The notes under the pieces were generated by a model. The model was not told where the DNA came from and searched no databases. It was given only the letters and a program-made list of their open reading frames with translations. Positions 15,150 through 23,003 of a stretch of DNA of 35,865 bases are shown piece after piece; position 1 is the first letter of the stretch; every line of letters starts with the position of its first letter. Source of the DNA: Candidatus Woesearchaeota archaeon (GTDB taxonomy: Archaea > Nanobdellota > Nanobdellia > Woesearchaeales > UBA525). Made by a program: the position numbers and the translations under genes. The DNA lies in assembly GCA_037442865.1 (NCBI GenBank), contig JBBIPM010000002.1, forward strand, positions 1-35,865. Direction: 5' to 3'.

Positions 15150-17018
15150 TCATCTCAGGGACGGACGCTTGCGCATCTTCTCCTTCGCGCGCCGCGTGCG
15201 TCTTGCCTGTTGCTGCGGCATCATCCACATCTCCCACCAGTGGTTCAGCATCAGGATTCGCCACGTGAGGGTCGTCTCGCTGCTGTCCCTGCATCGCGTG
15301 ATTTCCCTGAGCGTCTCGCGGTCTAGGAGGCCGTGTCCGCGGAAGCGAAGCACCTTCTCTTCAACGAGCGGACGGAGTTCCCCTAACAAGTACTCTTTGA
15401 GAGGGACGCTGAACCCCTGTTTCTTCCTGTAGAGGATGTCGTCAGGCAATACGCCACGGAACGCCTCTTTGAAGATGGCCTTCCCCTCCTTGCCGCGGAG
15501 CTTTAGCAGCGGGTCGATGCGTGCCGCGAGCTCAACGAGGTGATGATCGAGGAGCGGGGGGCGTGACTCGAGGCCGTGAGCGAGCGATGCCCGGTCCACT
15601 TTTGTCAGGATGTCATCCGGAAGGTAACGGTGCAAGTCGTGGTCAATCGCCATCGGCAGCGTCGAGAAACTCCCTTTTCTTGCATACCGTCTGTAAGCGC
15701 TCCGGGGGCTCATCCCGGTCAGCCGTACGAAGAGTCGCTGCGGGACGTTGCTCATCAGCCGCGCGTAGCGTTCCTCTTCCGGCAGGGCGCCGATCTCGAA
15801 GAAGGTTTTCGCCTTCCGCAGTCCGGGGAGCGGGCGGAGCATCGCTTCCGCCACGAGGCAACACCGACGGGGGAGGATACGTTGGAACCGGAGCGAGCGG
15901 TAGAGCTGGTGCGCCTTGTAGCCGCCGAACAGTTCATCCCCTCCGTCGCCGGAGAGGGAGACTGTGACGTGGCGACGCGCCACTTCGCTGACAAGGAAGG
16001 TCGGCACCATTGATGGGTCGCCGAAAGGCTCGTCGTAGTGGTACGCGAGCTTCTTGAGGAGCCGCCGTATGTCTTTCGCGGAGAACGTGACGATGTGATG
16101 GTGCGTCCCGAAGAGCTTCGCGACCCGCTCGCCGTAGGCGCTCTCGTCGTATCCGTCCTTGTCAAACTTGACGGAGAACGTGTTCAACTCCTTCTTGTAC
16201 CAGGTAATCATCGCGACGACGGCGCTGCTGTCCACGCCGCCGGAAAGGAAGGCGCCGACGGGGACATCGGCGACCAAGCGACTCCTGACGGCCTTCTCCA
16301 TGAGCTCCAATATCTTCCGCTTCGCCTCCTCCGGTTCGCTAATCGTCGCCTCTTGACGGACGTCCCAGTACCTGCGTCGTCCGATGATACGTTGTTGCCG
16401 GAGATCATAGACTAGATAATGGCCGGGCTCGAGTTTCCGGCACTCCTTGAGAATCGTCTGCTCGGAGGGGGTGTGGCCGAACGCGAGGTAGTGGGAGAGT
16501 GCTTCATGGTCTAGCGTCCTCTTCCCCCCCGCAGCGAGGATCGTTTTGAGCTCAGACGCGAAGAGGAGCCCGCGCGCGTCTTTGCGGTAGTAAAGCGGGT
16601 TGATGCCGAGCCGGTCACGGACAAGGAAGAGCACGTGTCGCTCTGCGTCGTGGATGCAGAAAGCAAACTGCCCGTCGAGCCGGTCGAGACAGCGAGGGCC
16701 CCACTCCTTGTAAGCGGCCAGGATCACCTCGGTGTCTGACGCGCTTCGGAACCCGTACCCCCGTTCTCGGAGCAGCATTTTCAGCTCACGGTAGTTGAAT
16801 ATCTCCCCGTTGAAGGTGATCCGGAGCCTGCCGCCGTCATACTCCATCGGTTGGGCGCCGTGGCGAGAGAGGTCGATGATGGCGAGCCGCCGATGCCCCA
16901 AACTGACGCCGTCCCCGACACAACGTCCTTCCGCATCCGGACCTCTGTGCTTCAAGGTCGTCACCATCCTGCTGAGGGTCTCTTCGTCCTCCCATGACAG
17001 TCCGCAGATGCCGCACAT
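15150..17018 (-). CDS. asnB: Asparagine synthase (glutamine-hydrolysing)-type amidotransferase
   Basis: The true start is MCGICG. The N-terminal Cys nucleophile of class II glutamine amidotransferases fixes ATG at 17018. The synthetase domain has the PP-loop motif FLSGGVDSS. GGAGGG lies ~11 nt upstream inside the preceding gene, with a 2-nt gap after its stop. Confidence 0.9.
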   Translation of the reverse strand: MCGICGLSWEDEETLSRMVTTLKHRGPDAEGRCVGDGVSLGHRRLAIIDLSRHGAQPMEYDGGRLRITFNGEIFNYRELKMLLRERGYGFRSASDTEVILAAYKEWGPRCLDRLDGQFAFCIHDAERHVLFLVRDRLGINPLYYRKDARGLLFASELKTILAAGGKRTLDHEALSHYLAFGHTPSEQTILKECRKLEPGHYLVYDLRQQRIIGRRRYWDVRQEATISEPEEAKRKILELMEKAVRSRLVADVPVGAFLSGGVDSSAVVAMITWYKKELNTFSVKFDKDGYDESAYGERVAKLFGTHHHIVTFSAKDIRRLLKKLAYHYDEPFGDPSMVPTFLVSEVARRHVTVSLSGDGGDELFGGYKAHQLYRSLRFQRILPRRCCLVAEAMLRPLPGLRKAKTFFEIGALPEEERYARLMSNVPQRLFVRLTGMSPRSAYRRYARKGSFSTLPMAIDHDLHRYLPDDILTKVDRASLAHGLESRPPLLDHHLVELAARIDPLLKLRGKEGKAIFKEAFRGVLPDDILYRKKQGFSVPLKEYLLGELRPLVEEKVLRFRGHGLLDRETLREITRCRDSSETTLTWRILMLNHWWEMWMMPQQQARRTRRAKEKMRKRPSLR

Positions 17019-17020
17019 CT

Positions 17021-17908
17021 TCAATCGCCCTCCGCGCTTCTCTTTTGCCTGTCCCTCGACCTTCTCTTGCGGAAGACAAATTCGTTGCATCCGAGCGACC
17101 TCGCCGGGTTCACTCTCTCAAGACGGAATCCTCGTCGTACGAAATATCCCTTCACTTCTGCGACGCTCGCATACTCATAGGGGTAGCCACCCAGCCAATC
17201 TCTGACGTCGGAGAAGAAATCCATGCCGCGCTTCTTCGGGAATTCCTTGACGTAGCGCACAGGATTCCTGCCATGCAGCAAGAGCCCCGCGAAGAGATAG
17301 CATATGTATGGATAGTAAATGAGTCCCTTGCCGAGCGCTCCCCGGTGATTGTACCAGCGCTTAAGACGCCCCCAGAGAAGGGATGACCCTTCGAGCCGAT
17401 ACTTCTCATTGTTGTTGTAGATGGAGATGCAGAGGAGGCCGCCCTTCTTCACGAGTCTCCCCACGTGCGCGAAGGCGAGCCGCATGTCCCCTGTGTGATG
17501 AAGCACGCCCCAACTGTACACGACGTCATGTTCGCCAAGGATCTGGACGAACTTCTCATCCAGGATGGAGCCATGACGAACGCTCCAAGAGAGTGGATTG
17601 CCGGCCCGGCGACGGAGCTGCCGGGCGCAGGCCAACGAGTGCTTGTCGACGTCGACACTGACGACGCGCCGAGCCCCCTCAAGGAACGCGACCAACGAGA
17701 AAATCCCGCTGCCGCAACCGATATCGAGAAAGTTTTTCCCTCGCACACATGCGAGGCGCCGGAGGGAATTCCTCGCCTTCTCGACACGCTCCGCATCCAG
17801 CTTCTTGAGATATGACTGCCAGTTCTTGCCGAAGCTGAAACGGCGCGGACGGAGATAAGTATCCTCGTACCGTCCGGTCTCCTGACGCATTTCCTCGGAC
17901 CTTCGCAC
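17021..17908 (-). CDS. Class I SAM-dependent methyltransferase
   Basis: Motif I is NFLDIGCGSGIFSLVAF, followed by VVSVDVD and VVYSWGVLHHT. The start is either GTG 17908 or ATG 17890. The stop abuts the asnB start. Confidence 0.8.
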   Translation of the reverse strand: MRRSEEMRQETGRYEDTYLRPRRFSFGKNWQSYLKKLDAERVEKARNSLRRLACVRGKNFLDIGCGSGIFSLVAFLEGARRVVSVDVDKHSLACARQLRRRAGNPLSWSVRHGSILDEKFVQILGEHDVVYSWGVLHHTGDMRLAFAHVGRLVKKGGLLCISIYNNNEKYRLEGSSLLWGRLKRWYNHRGALGKGLIYYPYICYLFAGLLLHGRNPVRYVKEFPKKRGMDFFSDVRDWLGGYPYEYASVAEVKGYFVRRGFRLERVNPARSLGCNEFVFRKRRSRDRQKRSAEGD

Positions 17909-17962
17909 ACTCTTCGTAGTCTCATCACTCTTTAAGAATATTGTGTGGCTCCCCCCGGTTTC

Positions 17963-19129
17963 CTAATCTCCATCAAAGAGCCGTCGATACGCCTCGGAGA
18001 GGCGTCTCGTGGTCGCCCAGACGAAGAACTTCTCCTTGACACGCAGTCGCGCTCTCTCCGCGAACCGCTTCGCACCAGCGCGGTCTCGCATGGTCCTCCT
18101 GACTGCGCGTGCGAGGGCTGACGGGTCTCGCCGAGGAAAAAAAAGCGCCTCCTCTCCCACGACTTCGCGGTTCTCAGGGATATCGGTGCAGACGATCGGG
18201 ACGCCGGCGGCGGCGGCCTCGAGGAGCGCGTTCGGCATCCCTTCATGGAGCGTGGGGAACGCGAAGCAGTCGGTGATCGCGAGGATCTCGACGACGTCGT
18301 CCCGCTCGCCGAGGAAGAGGACCCTCCTCGCGATCCCGAGATGCCGCGCGAGCCGTTCCATTCCGTTCCGGAGCTCGCCGTCGCCGACGAGGAGCAGCCG
18401 CGCCGACCGTCGCAGGCTCCCGCCGAGGAGCGCGAACGCCTCCAGGAGCGTCGCGTGATCCTTCTGCGCCTTGAAGCTGGCGACGTACGTTATGACGAAC
18501 TCGTTCTCCGTGATGCCGAGGGCGGCGCGTTTCGCGCGCCGGTCCGTCCCCGCGACCCGCTCCCTTATCCGCTGCTCGTCGACGCAGTTCGGGATGACTG
18601 TGATCTTCCCGGGCGGCAGGCGGAGCTCCTCGACGAGGAACCGTCGGACGGACTCGCTGTTCGGCGTGTAGGCGTCCACCAGCCCCTGCGTCCGTTTGTC
18701 GAGCCAATTCCAGAACGGCCGGTCGCGATGGATGTTCCGGACGGAACAGATGATTATGGGGACGCCGAAGAGGCGCCCGAAGACCCGTGAGAAGAGGTTG
18801 GTGTGGAGCAGGTAGGAGTTGATGATCACCGGCCGCTCCTGCCTGATTACGCGGCGGAATCGGAGGATGAGCGCGGGGAGATTCCATCGTCGAAGCCCCA
18901 AGCGATGGACCCTGATGCCTCGCTCTCGGAGGAGACGTCCTACCTCGTCGCGGTCGGTGAGGCTGCAGACGACATTCTCGTTCTCCATACGGGGTAAGGC
19001 CTTGAGGAGCATCTGCTCCGCGCCGCCGCGGCCGAGGCCGGTGATCACATGGAGGACTCGGGGACGGATCGCTCCATCTCCCCTCATCTTTGCCGCCCCC
19101 CTGTCGGCTCTCCTCGTTGCCTTCACCAT
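17963..19129 (-). CDS. GT4-family glycosyltransferase
   Basis: RVLHVITGLGRGGAEQ is a GT4 N-terminal glycine-rich loop. The E-x7-E region is PTLHEGMPNALLEAAAAGVPIVCTD. The start is uncertain: TTG 19138, ATG 19129 or ATG 19087. Confidence 0.85.
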   Translation of the reverse strand: MVKATRRADRGAAKMRGDGAIRPRVLHVITGLGRGGAEQMLLKALPRMENENVVCSLTDRDEVGRLLRERGIRVHRLGLRRWNLPALILRFRRVIRQERPVIINSYLLHTNLFSRVFGRLFGVPIIICSVRNIHRDRPFWNWLDKRTQGLVDAYTPNSESVRRFLVEELRLPPGKITVIPNCVDEQRIRERVAGTDRRAKRAALGITENEFVITYVASFKAQKDHATLLEAFALLGGSLRRSARLLLVGDGELRNGMERLARHLGIARRVLFLGERDDVVEILAITDCFAFPTLHEGMPNALLEAAAAGVPIVCTDIPENREVVGEEALFFPRRDPSALARAVRRTMRDRAGAKRFAERARLRVKEKFFVWATTRRLSEAYRRLFDGD

Positions 19130-19174
19130 GCTCTTCAACCCTTTATCGCTCTCGACGCGTTTCTCTCCGCCTCT

Positions 19175-20482
19175 TCATGACTCCCCCTTCGTCGCTCGGT
19201 CAGCGAGTCCTAGGAAGCGGTCGACTATACGGGGCCAGGTGAACCGATCATGTATCGTTCTCGCCGCCATTCGGCCCATCCGCTGGCACGTCGGCCGGCG
19301 CAGCATCTTTTCGAGCGCCGCAGCAAGATGCACCGGGTCTCCCGTCCGGAAGATGAGCCCTGTCTTCCCGTGATCAACATAGGTCAACGGACCACCGTTG
19401 TCAGGCACGATGCAAGGGATGCCGCACGCCATCGCCTCCGGCACAACCATGCCGATCGCTTCCTTCCTGCTGGCGAGGACGAGACAATCAAATCTCCTGT
19501 ATGTCTCGGCCATCTTCTTGTACGGCACGCTCTCACCGAAACGTACATGCTCGGCGAGCCCGAGCTCCTCAGCCTTTCTCCTTATCCCTTTTTTCAACAG
19601 GCCCTCGCCGATGAATGTGCATCGGAACCGTTTCTTCCGCTGAAGGAGCAGTCTGAGCGCTTCGAGAACGGTCTCATGGTCCTTGCAGCTGACGAACCGA
19701 GCAACCATGAGGAACTCCGTTCCCCCGTCTTCCTTTCTCTTCTCTCTCCTCTTTCCATGATCCTCTCCGAGCATCATCTTCTTTTGCTCTCCTCCGCGCA
19801 GTGCTGAGAAGAGCTCTCTTGGTATGCCTGCCGGCAAGGTTCTGATCCGTCCGCGCAGCTCAGGCGCGACCCGCACCCAGAACCGTCGGCTGTTCTCCGT
19901 CCAGGGAAGAAAATAGGCGCACCCCGGCAGTATGAATCGACGAGCGGCCGCGACGTATGCCTTGATGTAGAGCCGGTCGCTTCGCGTCTGCCCGGAGTAC
20001 TGCATCTCGGTCTGGATGAGGAGCGGAATCCCCGTCTTCTTCGCCACGCGTGCCGCCTGGAAAGCGTAGGGGCGTTCGAGGGGATTCGCCACAATCAGGT
20101 CGGGTGAGATGTCACGGACGAGCCTCCCGAGCATGAAGTAGAAAGGCGTTTCAGGGAACTGCTCGTAGTAGCGTCTCGCCCGAGCGGAGATGAACCGGAG
20201 GAGGATGGTTGTTGGCAAGTGGAGGATTCGGCTGAGTGCGCGGAGCGAGGGGACGGGGTGGCGTACGACGCGTGCTGAGAACATGTCCGAATCCCCTTTC
20301 CATCGCGGGAGGACGTAATGGACTTCAATGAACGGCCTGCGCGCGAGTTCGTTCGCGAAGTTGACATAGATCGGGTTGAGGCCGGGCTCGATGAGCATGA
20401 TCCTCATCGGGCGACCACTCCTCGACTGCGCTTCGAACGGTCCCGTCTTCCTCCTCGTGTCGTCCATTGTTGTCATCATCAT
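19175..20482 (-). CDS. GT4-family glycosyltransferase with a Lys/Glu-rich insert
   Basis: The E-x7-E region is ASRKEAIGMVVPEAMACGIPCIVPD. ATG 20482 is preceded by AGAGGAGAG (SD). There is an internal low-complexity insert, GGEQKKMMLGEDHGKRREKRKEDGG. Confidence 0.85.
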   Translation of the reverse strand: MMMTTMDDTRRKTGPFEAQSRSGRPMRIMLIEPGLNPIYVNFANELARRPFIEVHYVLPRWKGDSDMFSARVVRHPVPSLRALSRILHLPTTILLRFISARARRYYEQFPETPFYFMLGRLVRDISPDLIVANPLERPYAFQAARVAKKTGIPLLIQTEMQYSGQTRSDRLYIKAYVAAARRFILPGCAYFLPWTENSRRFWVRVAPELRGRIRTLPAGIPRELFSALRGGEQKKMMLGEDHGKRREKRKEDGGTEFLMVARFVSCKDHETVLEALRLLLQRKKRFRCTFIGEGLLKKGIRRKAEELGLAEHVRFGESVPYKKMAETYRRFDCLVLASRKEAIGMVVPEAMACGIPCIVPDNGGPLTYVDHGKTGLIFRTGDPVHLAAALEKMLRRPTCQRMGRMAARTIHDRFTWPRIVDRFLGLADRATKGES

Positions 20483-20501
20483 CTCTCCTCTTTTCCCCCG
20501 T

Positions 20502-21629
20502 TCATCCTTCCCTCAAGGACTCAAAGAGTTCCTCGTACTCGCTGATGATGCTCTTCCAGCGGAAGTGGCGCCTGATGCGCTCTCGCCCGGCGGCGCCGAG
20601 CCGGTGTCGCATCCTCTTGTCCCCGATGAGCCGATTCAGAGAACGGACCAGTGCGTCGACATCGCCGGGCGGAAAGAGGAGCCCGGTCTCGCCGTCACGA
20701 ACCAGGCAGCCGACGCCGCCGACATCGCTCGCCACGACCGGGACGGACGCGGCCATCGCCTCCATCACGGTGTTCGGCAGCCCCTCCGCGTAGCTCGCGA
20801 GGACGTTGATGTCAGTCGCCGCGAGGATCGCCGGGACGTCGCGACGGAAGCCGAGGAACTCTATTCGATCCTTCCGCGGCAGCGTCTTCCCTTCCGTGTT
20901 GCCGACGAAGAGGAACCGGACATTGCTATGGGTCGTGGTCAGCCGCTCCGCTGCGCGGAGGACGAGGTCCCATCCCTTCACGTTCTCGAGCCGCCCGACG
21001 TAGGTGACAATCACCTCGTCCCGCCTCTTGTCACGGCGCTTCTGGATGTCGCGCGGCGGCGCGTGTCGCCGGAAGGACTCCTCGTCGACGCCGTTGTGGA
21101 TCACGCGGGCGCGCCGGAGCCTCAGTCGTCTCGCCGTCGGAACCAGGTTCTCGTGGAGGAGGATGACCTCGTTCGCGAGGTTGAGGAGCCAGCGTCCGAG
21201 GGTCAAGGTGTAGAGCTTCACCGCCTTGTCCCGCAGCCTGAACGGGGAGAACCAGCAAAGGCCCGGGAAGGTGTCTGTCGTGATGACGAACGGCTGCCCG
21301 AGCAGCCGGAGGAGCGGGGCCGCGAGGGTCGTGAAGAAGACGTACTTGCTGATGATCACGACATCCGGCCCCTCCTTCCGGACGAGTCGCCACGTCCTCC
21401 ACCAGAGGTTGGGCATGACGTTGAAGTTGAACGGGTCCGGCAGGAAGAGGTCGCGGCTCCGATGGATGGTAATCAGGCCCATCTTCTCCTCGGCTGGTTG
21501 GTCTTTGCTCCTGGCGGTCAGGACGTGGACATCGAGCCCATGCCGTGAGAGCTCACGCGCTGTCTTGTACGCGCTCGCCACACCGCGGTGTGGGTCGTTG
21601 AAGAACGGCGTAATCAGGAGTATCTTCAT
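20502..21629 (-). CDS. GT4-family glycosyltransferase
   Basis: The N-terminus is MKILLITPFFNDPHRGVASA. The E-x7-E region is ASYAEGLPNTVMEAMAASVPVVASD. A TATA box lies ~27 nt upstream of the ATG at 21629. Confidence 0.87.
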   Translation of the reverse strand: MKILLITPFFNDPHRGVASAYKTARELSRHGLDVHVLTARSKDQPAEEKMGLITIHRSRDLFLPDPFNFNVMPNLWWRTWRLVRKEGPDVVIISKYVFFTTLAAPLLRLLGQPFVITTDTFPGLCWFSPFRLRDKAVKLYTLTLGRWLLNLANEVILLHENLVPTARRLRLRRARVIHNGVDEESFRRHAPPRDIQKRRDKRRDEVIVTYVGRLENVKGWDLVLRAAERLTTTHSNVRFLFVGNTEGKTLPRKDRIEFLGFRRDVPAILAATDINVLASYAEGLPNTVMEAMAASVPVVASDVGGVGCLVRDGETGLLFPPGDVDALVRSLNRLIGDKRMRHRLGAAGRERIRRHFRWKSIISEYEELFESLREG

Positions 21630-21650
21630 CCTTTCTGAAGTTGCGTCTCC

Positions 21651-21660
21651 ATTTTAAAAA
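21651..21660 (-). promoter_or_regulatory. TATA box for the 20502..21629 gene (leaderless spacing)
   Basis: ATTTTAAAAA is centred ~27 nt upstream of the minus-strand ATG at 21629. Confidence 0.5.
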
Positions 21661-21673
21661 TCGATTAAACTCG

Positions 21674-21692
21674 CTTCCTCTTTCGGAGGAAG
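21674..21692 (-). terminator. 7-bp stem-loop between the methyltransferase stop and the next promoter
   Basis: CTTCCTC-tttcg-GAGGAAG is a perfect 7-bp stem. On the minus strand it follows the stop at 21707 and precedes the T-rich TATA region. Confidence 0.25.
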
Positions 21693-21706
21693 GGGTTGAT
21701 CATCAA

Positions 21707-22513
21707 TCAGTACGGTCTTCCTGATCTTTTTTTCTTCTGCCGTTCTGCTCCGCTCCCTTTATGTTTCTGCGCGATGACCATCCCTTTCGTCGCGAAGCGG
21801 TTGAGGATGCGCGGCGTTGCCCGGAATCCCCAGCGATAGAAAGGGAGGTATGCCTTCCGCAGGATCGTGAACCCCGCGATGCGGATATCGTCTGTCATTC
21901 GGTCGGGAGTCTGCATGTTGATGTGCGTCCGGTCCTTCTTGGCGACGCTCCTGATGCCGAGCGAAGCGATCTTCTCGTAGCACCACGTGTCGTTCACCGA
22001 GAAGAGGATCCCTCCCGGCTTCAGGACGCGATGGAATTCGAGGAGGTACGGTGCCGGGTCGCGGAGGTGCTCGTACACGGTGATGAACGAGACGAAATCG
22101 AGCGAATTGTCACGAAACGGGAGATTCCCTTGATGGTTGATGAGCGTTGGCCGTATCCTCTTCGCTTCAGGGCTGCGGGCGAAGGCCTTCACGCGATTCA
22201 GTGAGAGCTCGATTCCGATCGGGAGCTTGACCAGGTCTGCGAACGTGGTGATTGTCCGGCCGGCCCCGCAGCCGAAATCCAGTCCTGTGGCGAAGGGGAG
22301 CTTTGTTCTGCAAGTCTCGATGAGGAATTCGCGGAGCGTGGCGTCGGCTCGGTCGCCGTCATAGTCCTTGTCGGTCTCGTAGATATCCTCGCCCAGGTCG
22401 TTCCGGAACTGGTAACGGCGGTCGCTGAAGACCACGACGCCGTCCTCAGTCATGCTGGCTCGCTCTGCGAAGGACGGCTTGAGGAGCCGATGCCAATCAG
22501 CGGTCTTTCGCAT
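21707..22513 (-). CDS. Class I SAM-dependent methyltransferase (Methyltransf_11-like)
   Basis: Motif I is GLDFGCGAGRTITTFA, followed by FVSFITVYEHL and LKPGGILF. I set the start at ATG 22513 (MRKTADW...) because a TATA-like GCTTATAATCAA lies ~26 nt upstream. Alternatives are ATG 22453 and the track start GTG 22852, which runs through the 84-bp repeats. Confidence 0.78.
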   Translation of the reverse strand: MRKTADWHRLLKPSFAERASMTEDGVVVFSDRRYQFRNDLGEDIYETDKDYDGDRADATLREFLIETCRTKLPFATGLDFGCGAGRTITTFADLVKLPIGIELSLNRVKAFARSPEAKRIRPTLINHQGNLPFRDNSLDFVSFITVYEHLRDPAPYLLEFHRVLKPGGILFSVNDTWCYEKIASLGIRSVAKKDRTHINMQTPDRMTDDIRIAGFTILRKAYLPFYRWGFRATPRILNRFATKGMVIAQKHKGSGAERQKKKRSGRPY

Positions 22514-22532
22514 TCTGTCCCCTGCGCCTCCG

Positions 22533-22544
22533 TTGATTATAAGC
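22533..22544 (-). promoter_or_regulatory. TATA-like box for the 21707..22513 methyltransferase gene
   Basis: TTGATTATAAGC (plus-strand reading) is centred ~26 nt upstream of the minus-strand ATG at 22513. Confidence 0.4.
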
Positions 22545-22660
22545 TTTCCGTTTCTCCGGGCCGCGATGAAAAAGTCGAGGCGCAACCGGTGCGTTCGTGG
22601 GCACGCCTTCGGCGTTGCCGCCTTGGCGGCCTCTGGGAAGCAGCAGCGATCGCACGATGC

Positions 22661-22852
22661 GTGCTCTCTGCGTTTCCCGGTCGCGGGACGCGCCCGAGCC
22701 CTCGCTGGAGAAGCGTCGCGCCGGCGGGTGGCCGCGTTCACTCCGTGCTCTCTGCGTTTCCCGGTCGCGGGACGCGCCCGAGCCCTCGCTGGAGAAGCGT
22801 CGCGCCGGCGGGTGGCCGCGTTCACTCCGTGCTCTCTGCGTTTCCCGGTCAC
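22661..22852. repeat. 84-bp tandem direct repeat: two perfect copies plus a 22-nt partial third
   Basis: The unit is GTGCTCTCTGCGTTTCCCGGTCGCGGGACGCGCCCGAGCCCTCGCTGGAGAAGCGTCGCGCCGGCGGGTGGCCGCGTTCACTCC. It occurs at 22661-22744 and identically at 22745-22828. A third copy starts at 22829 and matches for 22 nt before diverging. Confidence 0.95.
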
Positions 22853-22956
22853 GGAGCCGGTCCGCGACCAAACCCCCTTTGTCGCTTCGCCTCCTCTTCC
22901 GCCGACGCTCCGCCTTAACTGCGATAGCGGATTTTTTCTCCTGACCCTTCCCCGAC

Positions 22957-22972
22957 ATTAATTTTTTAAATG
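22957..22972 (+). promoter_or_regulatory. TATA box upstream of aglB
   Basis: ATTAATTTTTTAAATG lies ~38 nt upstream of GTG 23004. A GAGGG SD sits at 22993-22997. Confidence 0.5.
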
Positions 22973-23003
22973 GGGCGCCTCTGCTGATACTTGAGGGTTC
23001 GGT

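Noticed and set aside
14238-22852. Whether the 33-bp and 84-bp repeats could be CRISPR arrays
   Set aside because: The units are directly adjacent with no spacers. There are only 2-3 copies, no cas genes in the window, and the two repeat sequences are unrelated.
22514-22958. Repeat-spanning ORFs upstream of the methyltransferase: the in-frame extension to GTG 22852, the 153-aa ORF 22497..22958 (minus), and the plus-strand ORFs 22452..22961, 22490..22918 and 22597..22944
   Set aside because: All owe their length to the G+C-rich repeat, and none has a recognisable motif. A TATA-like box sits 26 nt upstream of ATG 22513. ATG 22958 abuts the aglB TATA element, leaving no room for its own promoter. 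The in-frame extension remains a stated alternative.
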